DNA from: Nannocystis sp. RBIL2
GTDB taxonomy: Bacteria; Myxococcota_A; Polyangia; Nannocystales; Nannocystaceae
Direction of reading: 5' to 3'
Length of the DNA stretch: 64,000 nt
Assembly (NCBI RefSeq): GCF_026626745.1
Contig: NZ_JAPNJW010000001.1
Location: 716,311 to 780,310 of the forward strand
Positions within the stretch are counted from its first letter, which is position 1, and every line of letters starts with the position of its first letter. This document shows, piece after piece, positions 18,471 to 27,218 of the stretch. The translations under genes were made by a program, and so were the position numbers. The notes beneath the pieces were generated by a model. It did not search any database. It was not told the DNA's origin and saw only the letters and a program-made list of their open reading frames with translations.

Positions 18471-19778
18471 TCACGCGACCAGTCGACCGACCGCGAGCGG
18501 CCCGTCGGCGTTCTCGACCTCGATTTGCGTCGCCCGGCCGAGCAGCGCGTCGTCTCCGGCCGCCAGCACCGTCAAGCCGTTGCCGGCCCGACCGACCAGC
18601 AGCCCCGTCCGCCGGTGTCGCGTCCGGTGCACGACCACCGGCAGGGTGCGCCCGACCTGCGCCGCCGCGAACGCCCGCTGCTTCGCCGCCGACAGCGCCC
18701 GCAACGCCGCCCCGCGCTGCTGCTTGACCGCCGCATCGACCTGTCCCGAGAGACAGGCAGCATCGGTGCCCGCGCGCGGTGAGTAGGCGAACACGTGCAG
18801 GTACGCCAGCGGCAGCGCGGCCAGCAGCGCGTGCGTGGCCGCGAACGCCTCGTCCGACTCCCCGGGGAAGCCGACGATCACGTCGGTGCCGACGCCGATC
18901 CCCGGCACCGCCCCGGCCAGGCGAGGCACCAGCGCCTGCAGGTCGGCGGCGGTGTGCGCCCGACGCATGCGCCGCAGCGTGTCGTCGTCGCCGCTCTGCA
19001 CCGGCAAGTGGAGGTACGGACACAGCCGCGGATCCGTCGCCAGCAGCGTCACCAGGTGATCGTCGACTTCGTGCGGATCGACCGAGCCGAGGCGCAGCCG
19101 CGCCGGCCCGAGCTGCGGCAGCAGCTCCGCGACCAGCGACGACAACGTGCTGCGCGGCCGCAGGTCGCGGCCATAGATCCCGAGGTGGACCCCGGTGAGC
19201 ACCACCTCCGGCACCCCCGCCGCGACCAGCTCGTCCAGCTGCGCCCGCACCTCCGCCGGCGGCACGCTCACGCTGCGCCCGCGCACCTGCGGCACGATGC
19301 AGAAGCTGCAGCGGTAGTCGCAGCCGTCCTGGATCTTCAGGTACGCCCGGCTGCGCCGCGGGTCGGCGGCCGGGCGCAACCGGGCCGCGCGGACGCGCCG
19401 CAGCAGGTCGACCGGGGCCACGTGGATCTCCGGGACATGTTCCTCCGAACATGTCTCTCCGAGCACCTCGAACAGCCGCTCCTTCTCGCGGTTGCCGACC
19501 ACCAGCGTCACCCCGGGCAGCGCGGCCGCCTCCGCGGGGGCGGCCGTCGCCCAGCAGCCGGTGACGACCACCTTCGCCCCGGCGCGCGCGGCCCGGCGCA
19601 CGTGCTGGCGCGCGTCGGCGTCGGCCTCGTGGGTGATCGTGCAGGTGTTGACGATCACGACCTCGGGCGCGGCCTCGGCGTCGACCACGGTGTGGCCGGC
19701 CGCGCGGGCCATCTGCTCGAGGGCGTCGGACTCGAACTGGTTGAGGCGACAGCCGAGCGTGCTGAACGCGACGCGCAT
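18471..19778 (-). CDS. mtaB: radical SAM methylthiotransferase, MtaB (YqeV)-like
   Basis: N-terminal MTTase domain (MRVAFSTLGCRLNQFESD), CxxxCxxC radical SAM motif (DGCDYRCSFCIVP) and a C-terminal TRAM-like region. Its ATG overlaps the kinase stop (ATGA). Confidence 0.85.
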   Translation of the reverse strand: MRVAFSTLGCRLNQFESDALEQMARAAGHTVVDAEAAPEVVIVNTCTITHEADADARQHVRRAARAGAKVVVTGCWATAAPAEAAALPGVTLVVGNREKERLFEVLGETCSEEHVPEIHVAPVDLLRRVRAARLRPAADPRRSRAYLKIQDGCDYRCSFCIVPQVRGRSVSVPPAEVRAQLDELVAAGVPEVVLTGVHLGIYGRDLRPRSTLSSLVAELLPQLGPARLRLGSVDPHEVDDHLVTLLATDPRLCPYLHLPVQSGDDDTLRRMRRAHTAADLQALVPRLAGAVPGIGVGTDVIVGFPGESDEAFAATHALLAALPLAYLHVFAYSPRAGTDAACLSGQVDAAVKQQRGAALRALSAAKQRAFAAAQVGRTLPVVVHRTRHRRTGLLVGRAGNGLTVLAAGDDALLGRATQIEVENADGPLAVGRLVA

Positions 19779-21841
19779 CAGAGCGGCACGACGATCGTGA
19801 ACTCTTGCGGCGTCTTGCGGGTGTTGACGAACCGGACCTTGGTCTTGAAGGCCCGCGCCAGGCACTTCGCCTCCGCGCTCGTGTCGTCGGAGGTCGCCTC
19901 GGTCACGCGCCCCTTGGGGCCGTCGACCTTGAGCCGCAGCTTGTAGGTCTTGCCCTTCGGCGTGCTGATCGTCCGGCAGGTCTCGAACTCGGCGCGGTAG
20001 CTCTTCAGCGCCTGCGAGCGCTCCATCGGCCCCAGCACCTCGGGCCAGTTGGCCGACACTTCCTCGCCCTTCGGCGCGGCCGGCTCGCTCTTCTTGACCG
20101 TGGTCGTCTTCTTGGGCTCGGTGGCCTTCTTGCCCGGGTCCTTCTTCGCGTCGTCGTCGACCACGATCGGCGCGTCGTCGGCCTTCTTCGGCTCCGGCGT
20201 CGGCTCGACCTTCGTCTCCGGCGGCGCCTCGATCTTCGCCTCCGGCGGCGTCTCGACCGGCTTCGGCGCCTCGGGCGAGCCCGCCGTGACCGCCGCGACC
20301 TCGCTCGGCTTGTCGACCGGCTGCGGCTTCGGATCGTCGCCGCGGCTGAGCGCGCACACCAGGCCGACCACCAGCACCAGCACCGCCGCGCCGAGGCCGA
20401 TCACCAGGCGCGACAACATCTGCGCGTCCATCGTGCCGCCGCGCCACGGCAGCGACAGCGACGTCGGCCGCAGCCCCGACGCGCTGCTGTTGAGTCCTTG
20501 CGTCAGCAACGAATCGTCCGGCGTCACCGGGTTGGGCACGGCCACGCCCGCCGGCATGCTGACCCCGACGGCCAGGCGCGCCGCGTGGGCCGCCGCCTCG
20601 AGGTTGGTCGTGGTCCGCCCGGCGTCCGGCCCGGCGGCCCCGCGCGGCGTCGCTACGATGGCTTCGATCAGCTCGCCCATCGTCTGGTAACGCTGCGTCT
20701 TGTCCTTCTCCATCGCCCTCAGGATGACCGCCTCGACCTCGACCGGAATGTCGGCCTCGGGCGCCAGCTGCCGCGGAGGCACCGGCTTGGCGTTCACCTG
20801 CTGCGACAGCACCCCGTACATCGTCTTGTCGGTGAACGGGAGGTTGCCGGTGAGCAGCTGATAGAGGATGCAGCCGACCGCATAGATGTCCATGCGCTGG
20901 TCGGCCGGGTCGCCGTGGATCTGCTCGGGCGCCATGTACTCGGGCGTGCCGATCAGCGCGCCGACCTGCGTCAGCGGGTTCGTGCCGCCGTCGCGGTTCT
21001 CCTCGAGGAACTTGGCGATCCCGAAGTCGAGCACCTTGACGAAGTCGCGGATGCCGTTGCGCTGGATCAGGAAGACGTTCTCCGGCTTCATGTCCCGGTG
21101 GATGATCCCGTGCGCGTGGGCGGCCTGCAGCGCGCGGCAGATCTGCAGCAGCACCCGGCGGGCCCGCGCCCACGACATCGGCCCCTTCTTGAGGACTTTG
21201 CCGAGGTCCTCGCCCTGCAGGTGCTCCATGGCGAAGAACACCTGGCCGTTGGGCATCGCCCCGAAGTCGGTGATGTCGATGACGTTCTCGTGGCCGATCG
21301 TCGACGCCGCCCGGGCCTCGCGGAGGAACCGCTTCACCTGGTCGGGGCGGTTGGTGTAGGCCGGGTTCAGGACCTTCACGGCCACCTTCTTGCCGAGCGC
21401 CACGTGCTCGGCGAGGTAGACCTTGCCCATCCCGCCCTTGCCGATGAGATCGAGGATCCGGTAGCGGTCGGCCAGCACCTGGCCGAACAGCGCGTCGCGC
21501 TTGGCCGCCGTCGCCTTGGCCTTCAGGCTCTTGGCCGCGGTGCGCTCGACGGTGTCCTCGTCTTCGGCCTGGGGCTCGCCGTCCACGCTGGTCGGCTGCC
21601 CGTCGAGCTCGACCTCGCCGGACGCCCGTCCGAGCTCGATCGAGAAGTGGGCCGCCGAGACCTGGTTCTCGAGCGCTGCCTCATACTCCTCTGCGAGGTC
21701 GTCGTCGCCGCCCATCTCGTGCGAGACCACGGGCGTCGGCGGGAGCGAGTCCGGAGGATCCACGATGACCGCGGTCAACCGCGGCCCCGATCGATCCTCG
21801 CCAGCCTGGCCGGAGTCGCGGCTCCCTTCGTTCGTCGCCAT
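19778..21841 (-). CDS. Ser/Thr protein kinase, membrane-anchored, with Pro/Lys-rich repeats and a C-terminal extracytoplasmic domain
   Basis: 687 aa with Hanks motifs (GKGGMGKVY, VAVK, HRDMKPENVF, DFGIA, APE) and one TM segment (LVIGLGAAVLVLVVGLV). Confidence 0.85.
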   Translation of the reverse strand: MATNEGSRDSGQAGEDRSGPRLTAVIVDPPDSLPPTPVVSHEMGGDDDLAEEYEAALENQVSAAHFSIELGRASGEVELDGQPTSVDGEPQAEDEDTVERTAAKSLKAKATAAKRDALFGQVLADRYRILDLIGKGGMGKVYLAEHVALGKKVAVKVLNPAYTNRPDQVKRFLREARAASTIGHENVIDITDFGAMPNGQVFFAMEHLQGEDLGKVLKKGPMSWARARRVLLQICRALQAAHAHGIIHRDMKPENVFLIQRNGIRDFVKVLDFGIAKFLEENRDGGTNPLTQVGALIGTPEYMAPEQIHGDPADQRMDIYAVGCILYQLLTGNLPFTDKTMYGVLSQQVNAKPVPPRQLAPEADIPVEVEAVILRAMEKDKTQRYQTMGELIEAIVATPRGAAGPDAGRTTTNLEAAAHAARLAVGVSMPAGVAVPNPVTPDDSLLTQGLNSSASGLRPTSLSLPWRGGTMDAQMLSRLVIGLGAAVLVLVVGLVCALSRGDDPKPQPVDKPSEVAAVTAGSPEAPKPVETPPEAKIEAPPETKVEPTPEPKKADDAPIVVDDDAKKDPGKKATEPKKTTTVKKSEPAAPKGEEVSANWPEVLGPMERSQALKSYRAEFETCRTISTPKGKTYKLRLKVDGPKGRVTEATSDDTSAEAKCLARAFKTKVRFVNTRKTPQEFTIVVPL

Positions 21842-21856
21842 CGCGCTCGTCGGACG

Positions 21857-22507
21857 CTAGCACGGCCGCCGCGGGCGGAAAAGCTGGCGCTGACCCCGGG
21901 GCCGCGCTTCGTCGGCCGACAGCGCCCGCCATTGCCCGGGCGCGAGGCCCTCGAGGGTCCAGGGTCCGATCGCCCAGCGGACCAGACGCAGCGTCGGCAA
22001 CCCGACCGCCGCGGTCATGCGCCGTACCTGGCGGTTTCGGCCCTCGCGCAGGACGAGCTCCAACCAGCAGGTCGGGATCGACAGGCGCGTGCGAATCGGC
22101 GGCGTTCGCTCCCACAGCGGCGGTGGGTCGACGAGCCTCACCTCGGCGGGGGCGGTCGGGCCGTCACGGAGGACCAAACCGGCCCGCAGGCGCTCCAGCG
22201 CCGCTTCCTGGGCCGTCCCCTCGACCTGCACCCAATACGTCTTCGCCAGCTTGTGGCGCGGATCGCTGAGTTGGTGCTGCAGGGCCCCATCGTCGGTCAG
22301 CACCACCAGGCCCTCGCTGTCGAAGTCGAGGCGACCGGCGGCGTACACGCCGGGGACGTCGATGAAGTTCGCCAGCGTCGGCCGGCCTTCCCGGTCGGTG
22401 AATTGCGTCAACACCCCGTAGGGCTTGTTGAACAGGAGCACCTGCGCCACGCCGGCCAAGTGTGGGCCGCCTCGTCGCTCGCGGGGGTGCGTCGCCGACG
22501 ATTGCAT
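21857..22507 (-). CDS. rluE: rRNA pseudouridine synthase (RluE / RsuA family)
   Basis: Motifs [15 protein letters not shown] and [17 protein letters not shown] contain the catalytic Asp. The start is chosen at MQSSATHP; the ORF extends to 22672. Confidence 0.75.
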   Translation of the reverse strand: MQSSATHPRERRGGPHLAGVAQVLLFNKPYGVLTQFTDREGRPTLANFIDVPGVYAAGRLDFDSEGLVVLTDDGALQHQLSDPRHKLAKTYWVQVEGTAQEAALERLRAGLVLRDGPTAPAEVRLVDPPPLWERTPPIRTRLSIPTCWLELVLREGRNRQVRRMTAAVGLPTLRLVRWAIGPWTLEGLAPGQWRALSADEARPRGQRQLFRPRRPC

Positions 22508-22661
22508 CCTCACGAACAGCGCAGACGCGACGGCGACGCCCGCTGGGGGCGCGATCCCCCGGACTTCGGCGCGAGCCCGTGCCTGTGGCCTGGACGCCCT
22601 CGGTTCGAGGAAGTACCACAGTGCGACGGCGCCTGCGCGCCGCGGCCCAAAGCGAGGAATC

Positions 22662-24470
22662 GTGAGCACCACCAGCTTCTCCGTCGACCTCCGCGATCTC
22701 CACTTCGTCCTCTTCGACCAACTCGCCGCGCACGAGCAGCTCGCCGCGATCCCGCGCTTCGCCGAGCTCGACCGCGAGGTCTACGAGGCCACGCTCGCGG
22801 AGGGCGAGCGCCTGGCGCGGGAGGTCCTGGCCCCGATCAATGCGCCCGGCGATCTCGCGGGCTGCAGCTTCGACGGCCAGGGCAACGTCACGACCCCGAA
22901 GGGCTATCGCGAGGCCTGGGAGGTCCTGCGCGAGGGTGGCTGGCTCGCGCCCTCGGCGCCGAGCGAGCTCGGCGGCAGCGGCCTGCCCTTCACGATCCAC
23001 GTCAGTTTGAGCGAGATGCTGTGCGGCGCATGCATGGCCTTCATGATGTACGCCGGCCTGACCGTCGGCGCCGCGCGCGTGATCCTGGGCCACGGCCCGG
23101 AGGGCACGCGGGAGATGATCGCCCGCAAGATGTTCACCGGCGAGTGGGGCGGGACGATGTGCCTCACCGAGGCCGGCGCCGGCAGCTCGGTCGGCGACAA
23201 CCGCTGCCGCGCCACCCCCACGGATGAGCCTGGCGTCTATCTGCTCGAGGGCGAGAAGATCTTCATCAGCGGCGGCGACCAGGACCTGACCGACAACATC
23301 GTCCACCTGGTGCTCGCCCGCACCCCGAACGCCGGCAAGGGCACCAAGGGGCTGTCGCTGTTCATGGTCCCGAAGTACGAGTTCGACGCCGGCGGCGCGC
23401 TCGGGGCCCGCAACGGCGCCAAGGTGCTGCGCATCGAGGAGAAGATGGGCATCCACGGCTCCTCGACCTGCGTCCTCGGCCTCGGCGGCGACCTCCCGTG
23501 TCGCGGCGTTCTGCTCGGCCAGGAGAACCAGGGCATCGAGCTGATGTTCCTGATGATGAACGAGGCGCGGATCGGCGTCGCCGTGCAGGGCCACGCGATG
23601 GCGGCCGCGGCCTACAACTACGCCCGCGGCTACGCGCAGGAGCGGATCCAGGGCCAGTCGATCCGCGAGGCCCGCAGCCAGGACGCGCCCAGCGTGGCGA
23701 TCGTCCAGCACCCCGACGTGCGCCGCATGCTGATGACCCAGAAGGTCTACGCCGAGGCGATGCGGTCGCTGCTGCTGCGCATGGCGCTGGTCGTCGACCG
23801 CGAGCACGCCACCGAGGACCCGGCCGAGCGCGAGCGCCTGCGCGGCCGCATCGACCTGCTCACGCCGATCCTCAAGGCCACCTGCACCGACCTCGGCTTC
23901 GAGGTCGCCGTCGGCGCGGTCCAGGTCTACGGCGGCTACGGCTACATCGGCGAGTACCCCGTCGAGCAGCTCGTCCGCGACGTCAAGATCTGCTCGATCT
24001 ACGAGGGCACTAACGGCATCCAGGCCATGGACCTGGTCGGCCGCAAGCTGCGGATCGGCGGCGGCGCGCTGTTCATCGAGTGGATGCAGGAGGCCCAGAG
24101 CCGGCTCGCCGCCGCCGCGGAGGCCGGCCTCGGCGGCCCCGCCGAGGCGATCGGCAAGGCAGTGCAGCTGCTCGCCGCCAGCGCGATGCACCTCGCGGGC
24201 CTCGGCAAGGCGCGCAAGGTCGAGGCGGCGATGATCCAGGCCGTCCCCTTCACGCGCATGTTCGGCCTGGTCCTGCTCGCCATCGAGTGCGTCGAGCAGG
24301 CGCTGGTCGCCGCCCGCCTCCGCCAGACCCGCGGCGACGAGCCGCTGCTGATCGGCAAGCAGCGCAACCTCGAGTTCTTCGTCGCCGCGATCCTCCCGCA
24401 GGCGATCGCCCTCGGCAAGAGCATCCAGTCGAACGACGAGAGCGCCCTCGACCCCTCGCTGTTCGTCTGA
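22662..24470 (+). CDS. long-chain acyl-CoA dehydrogenase (FadE-like, about 600 aa)
   Basis: GTG start ([10 protein letters not shown]). ACAD N-terminal, middle ([17 protein letters not shown]) and C-terminal domains, plus the extra C-terminal region typical of large FadE proteins. Confidence 0.85.
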   Translation: MSTTSFSVDLRDLHFVLFDQLAAHEQLAAIPRFAELDREVYEATLAEGERLAREVLAPINAPGDLAGCSFDGQGNVTTPKGYREAWEVLREGGWLAPSAPSELGGSGLPFTIHVSLSEMLCGACMAFMMYAGLTVGAARVILGHGPEGTREMIARKMFTGEWGGTMCLTEAGAGSSVGDNRCRATPTDEPGVYLLEGEKIFISGGDQDLTDNIVHLVLARTPNAGKGTKGLSLFMVPKYEFDAGGALGARNGAKVLRIEEKMGIHGSSTCVLGLGGDLPCRGVLLGQENQGIELMFLMMNEARIGVAVQGHAMAAAAYNYARGYAQERIQGQSIREARSQDAPSVAIVQHPDVRRMLMTQKVYAEAMRSLLLRMALVVDREHATEDPAERERLRGRIDLLTPILKATCTDLGFEVAVGAVQVYGGYGYIGEYPVEQLVRDVKICSIYEGTNGIQAMDLVGRKLRIGGGALFIEWMQEAQSRLAAAAEAGLGGPAEAIGKAVQLLAASAMHLAGLGKARKVEAAMIQAVPFTRMFGLVLLAIECVEQALVAARLRQTRGDEPLLIGKQRNLEFFVAAILPQAIALGKSIQSNDESALDPSLFV

Positions 24471-24477
24471 ACTTTAC

Positions 24478-24564
24478 GGCATGTCCGTGTGGACATGCCC
24501 TTTCATGCAGGGCCGTTCGGACATGTCCGAACGGCCCTGTCGCTTGCTCCGTCGACAAGCGACA
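24478..24564. terminator. cluster of three GC-rich palindromes (22, 32 and 25 nt) downstream of the acyl-CoA dehydrogenase
   Basis: GGCATGTCC-GTGT-GGACATGCC; a perfect 32-nt palindrome CAGGGCCGTTCGGACATGTCCGAACGGCCCTG; and GTCGCTTG-N9-CAAGCGAC. Confidence 0.6.
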
Positions 24565-24649
24565 CGAGCAGCCTGACGACCGCAATTCTCGAGCGCTCAT
24601 GGGCTCCCCACGCTGGGTCGCCTGCGCCAGGTCGGGCCCGAAAGCAGCA

Positions 24650-24677
24650 TGACCGCCAGGACATGTCCTGGCGGTCA
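24650..24677. terminator. perfect 28-nt palindrome TGACCGCCAGGACATGTCCTGGCGGTCA next to the convergent binding-protein gene end
   Basis: Read directly from the sequence; a candidate bidirectional terminator hairpin with a CATG core. Confidence 0.6.
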
Positions 24678-24702
24678 CGCCTCTCGCGCGGGTGAGCGCG
24701 GC

Positions 24703-26271
24703 TCAGGGCGCGGGCGCCCAGGTGCCGGTGGCGCTGGGGCAGGCCGGCGCGTACACGGCGGTCTTCGTCCACCCGCCCTTGTCGTCGAGCGTGTAGGCGG
24801 CGATCGGGCTGCACACCTCGCCGCTGGCGTCGAAGTCGAGCGGGCCGGTGATGCCGACGAGGTCGACGGTCTTGCTCGACTGGAAGGCGGTGAGCGCCGC
24901 GGGCACGAACATCTTGGGGCCGACGCCGAAGTCGACCGGCGTGCCGGCCTTGTCGGACAGCTTCTTGAACGCGTCGGCGACGCGCAGGCCGACCACGATG
25001 TCGCCCGACTTCACGGCGGCCATGCCGAACAGCGACGCCATCGTCGCGTCGTAGGCGAGCGCGCCCTCGGGCGCGAGGTTCGCCTCACCGAGGCGCGTGC
25101 GCAGCTTGGCCAGCTGCGGCGTCTCGAGGTCGGGCGTGACTGCGACGACGATGCCCGCGAGGTCGGGGTCCTCGAGCGCCGCGACCGCCGGCATCGCCCG
25201 CTTGGTCACGTAGATCTTCTGCGGCAGCGGAGCGCCGGTGGTCTTGTAGTGCTTGATGATCTCGGCGACCTCGGACCGCCCGAGCAGGATCAGCATCGGC
25301 GGCTCGGCGAAGGTCTTGAGCGCCGTGTCGAGCTTGGCCTTGGCGCCCTTGGTGGCGTCGTCGAGCCCGCGGTACGAGGCGATGAACTGGCTGCCCGGGA
25401 CCTGCGGGATCTGGCTCGGCCCGCTCGTCTCCTCGGTCGCCACCGCGTTGTAAAGGCTGAGCCCGTACGCGTCCTCCGACAGCAGCAGGATCGCGTTGGC
25501 CGTCGGGTCGCCGGCGAAGTCGGCCCCGATGCGCTCGCCCAGCGCCGGGCCCTGGAACTTCGCGCCGGCCATCGCCTGGAACACCAGGCCGCTGCCGGTC
25601 GAGGTGTCGAGCTCGCTCATGTCGGCCGTGATCATCGGCCCCATCGTGAACGCGTTGACGCCCTGGGCGAACGTCACTTGATCGACCACCGCAGTGAACT
25701 CGACGTCGTCGGCCGGGCCGATGAGCACCGGGATCGTCAGCGTGTCGCCGAGGTGGCGCGCGGCCGACGTCGCCGCCGCGACCTCGCTCTGGGTGTCGCA
25801 CACCACCAGCGCGATCTTGTCGCCGTTCGGCAGCTCGCCGCTGGCGTTGAACTCCTCGACCGCCGCCAGCACGCCCTTCTCCATCTCGAGCCCGAGGTCG
25901 GCGTCGGCGCCGGTCTTCGGCAGCATCACGCCGATGAACGCGACGTCGTCGCTGATCTCGCCGCCGGGGTAGATGGGTGCGCCGCACTCGTCGGACTCGG
26001 TCGAGGCGCACTCGCGCGGCGCACTCGAGGTCGCGCAGATGTACGACTCGCCGAGGCCCGCGCACTGCGAGTTGGCGTCACAGCCCTTCTCGCGGATCTT
26101 GCAGACGTTGGCCGCGCAGTACATCGGCTTGTTGTCGTCGAAGAACGCCGCGCAGTCGGCGTCCTCGTAGCACTCGGTGAAGTCGAGGGTCGCCGAGCAC
26201 GCGCCCGCGATCACCCCGAGAGCGCCGCACACAGAGAACCGGACAAGCAGATGCGAGAAGACTGACGACAT
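24703..26271 (-). CDS. periplasmic substrate-binding lipoprotein (Peripla_BP_6 / LivK-like) with N-terminal Cys-rich segment
   Basis: 522 aa with signal plus lipobox (LGVIAGACS), a Cys-rich stretch, then a type I periplasmic binding-protein fold. Confidence 0.7.
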   Translation of the reverse strand: MSSVFSHLLVRFSVCGALGVIAGACSATLDFTECYEDADCAAFFDDNKPMYCAANVCKIREKGCDANSQCAGLGESYICATSSAPRECASTESDECGAPIYPGGEISDDVAFIGVMLPKTGADADLGLEMEKGVLAAVEEFNASGELPNGDKIALVVCDTQSEVAAATSAARHLGDTLTIPVLIGPADDVEFTAVVDQVTFAQGVNAFTMGPMITADMSELDTSTGSGLVFQAMAGAKFQGPALGERIGADFAGDPTANAILLLSEDAYGLSLYNAVATEETSGPSQIPQVPGSQFIASYRGLDDATKGAKAKLDTALKTFAEPPMLILLGRSEVAEIIKHYKTTGAPLPQKIYVTKRAMPAVAALEDPDLAGIVVAVTPDLETPQLAKLRTRLGEANLAPEGALAYDATMASLFGMAAVKSGDIVVGLRVADAFKKLSDKAGTPVDFGVGPKMFVPAALTAFQSSKTVDLVGITGPLDFDASGEVCSPIAAYTLDDKGGWTKTAVYAPACPSATGTWAPAP

Positions 26272-26297
26272 GGTCGCAAAGCTCCAGCGTTCGCGGC

Positions 26298-27161
26298 TCA
26301 GAAGCGGTAGACGTAACCGAGGCCGAGCTGGCTCGGCGAGACCTTGGGCTGCATCGCCTGCACGGCCTTCGACTTGCGGGCCTTCGGCACCAGCAAGAGC
26401 ACCATGCCGACCACCGCGAGCACGCCGCCGGCGATGAACAGCCCGTCGGCGGTGGCCGCCAGCGACTTGCCCTTCTGACCGGCCTCGCGCTGGTCGTCGA
26501 GCGTCTCCGCGGCCTCGAACTTGTTCTCCTGGCCCTTGGCCAGCCCGCCCGCGACCCCGCCGCCAATCAGCAGCGCCGCGCCGACGCCGAACATCGTGTA
26601 GCCGATCGGCTTCAGGATCTTGGCCTTGCTCTGCCCCGCCTTGTCGGCGCCGGGCGGCGGCTGCGGCCCCGGCTGCGGCCCGACCTGCTGGCCCGCCTCG
26701 GGCTGCTTCGGCTCGGGCTGCTTCGGCTTCGACTTGGCCTCTTCCTTCTCGCGGATCTCGACGATCTTCTCGAGCGTGGCGAGCCGCTGCAGCGCCGTGT
26801 CGCGCAGGCCGATGTCGACCGACTCGTCGGCGATGAACTTCTGGTAGTAGGCGATCGCCGCGTCGACGTTGTTGGCCTGCTCTTGGATGCGGCCGATGTT
26901 GAACAAGATCGCCGGGTCGGGCTGCAGCGCGTAGGCCCGCTCGAACAGCGCCACCGCGCCCGCGTAGTCCTTCTCGCGGTACTTGGCGCGCGCCTGCTCG
27001 GCCAAGCTCTCGAAGGTCTCGCCGTTCGCGTCGGTGGGCGGCGGCTGGGCCAGCGCCGCGCGCACGGCGATCGGGACGTACACCGCAGCCGCCGCCGAGC
27101 GGGCGGGCATGCTCGAGGCGAGAAACGCAGCGGCCACGAGAGTGACGATCGGCTTCTTCAT
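26298..27161 (-). CDS. TPR-repeat protein with signal peptide and C-terminal membrane anchor
   Basis: 287 aa. Signal MKKPIVTLVAAAFLASS, TPR-like helices, Pro/Gln-rich linker and a C-terminal hydrophobic segment. Confidence 0.6.
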   Translation of the reverse strand: MKKPIVTLVAAAFLASSMPARSAAAAVYVPIAVRAALAQPPPTDANGETFESLAEQARAKYREKDYAGAVALFERAYALQPDPAILFNIGRIQEQANNVDAAIAYYQKFIADESVDIGLRDTALQRLATLEKIVEIREKEEAKSKPKQPEPKQPEAGQQVGPQPGPQPPPGADKAGQSKAKILKPIGYTMFGVGAALLIGGGVAGGLAKGQENKFEAAETLDDQREAGQKGKSLAATADGLFIAGGVLAVVGMVLLLVPKARKSKAVQAMQPKVSPSQLGLGYVYRF

Positions 27162-27218
27162 GGGGGGCCTTCAGGGCGGGGTCGTCACGCGCGACCCGCA
27201 CGAACCGAGAGCTAGAGA

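Noticed and set aside
19778-21173. N-terminal extension of the MtaB frame to 900 aa (18471..21173)
   Set aside because: The extension lies out of frame over the kinase gene. The MtaB N-terminus (MRVAFSTLGC) is defined by homology and by the ATGA overlap at 19778.
19805-23227. 1140-aa plus-strand ORF
   Set aside because: It is antisense to the kinase and rluE genes and extremely Arg/Gly/Leu-rich; a GC shadow.
24649-26265. 538-aa plus-strand ORF
   Set aside because: It is antisense to the solute-binding lipoprotein gene, which has a clear lipobox, domain structure and integer length.
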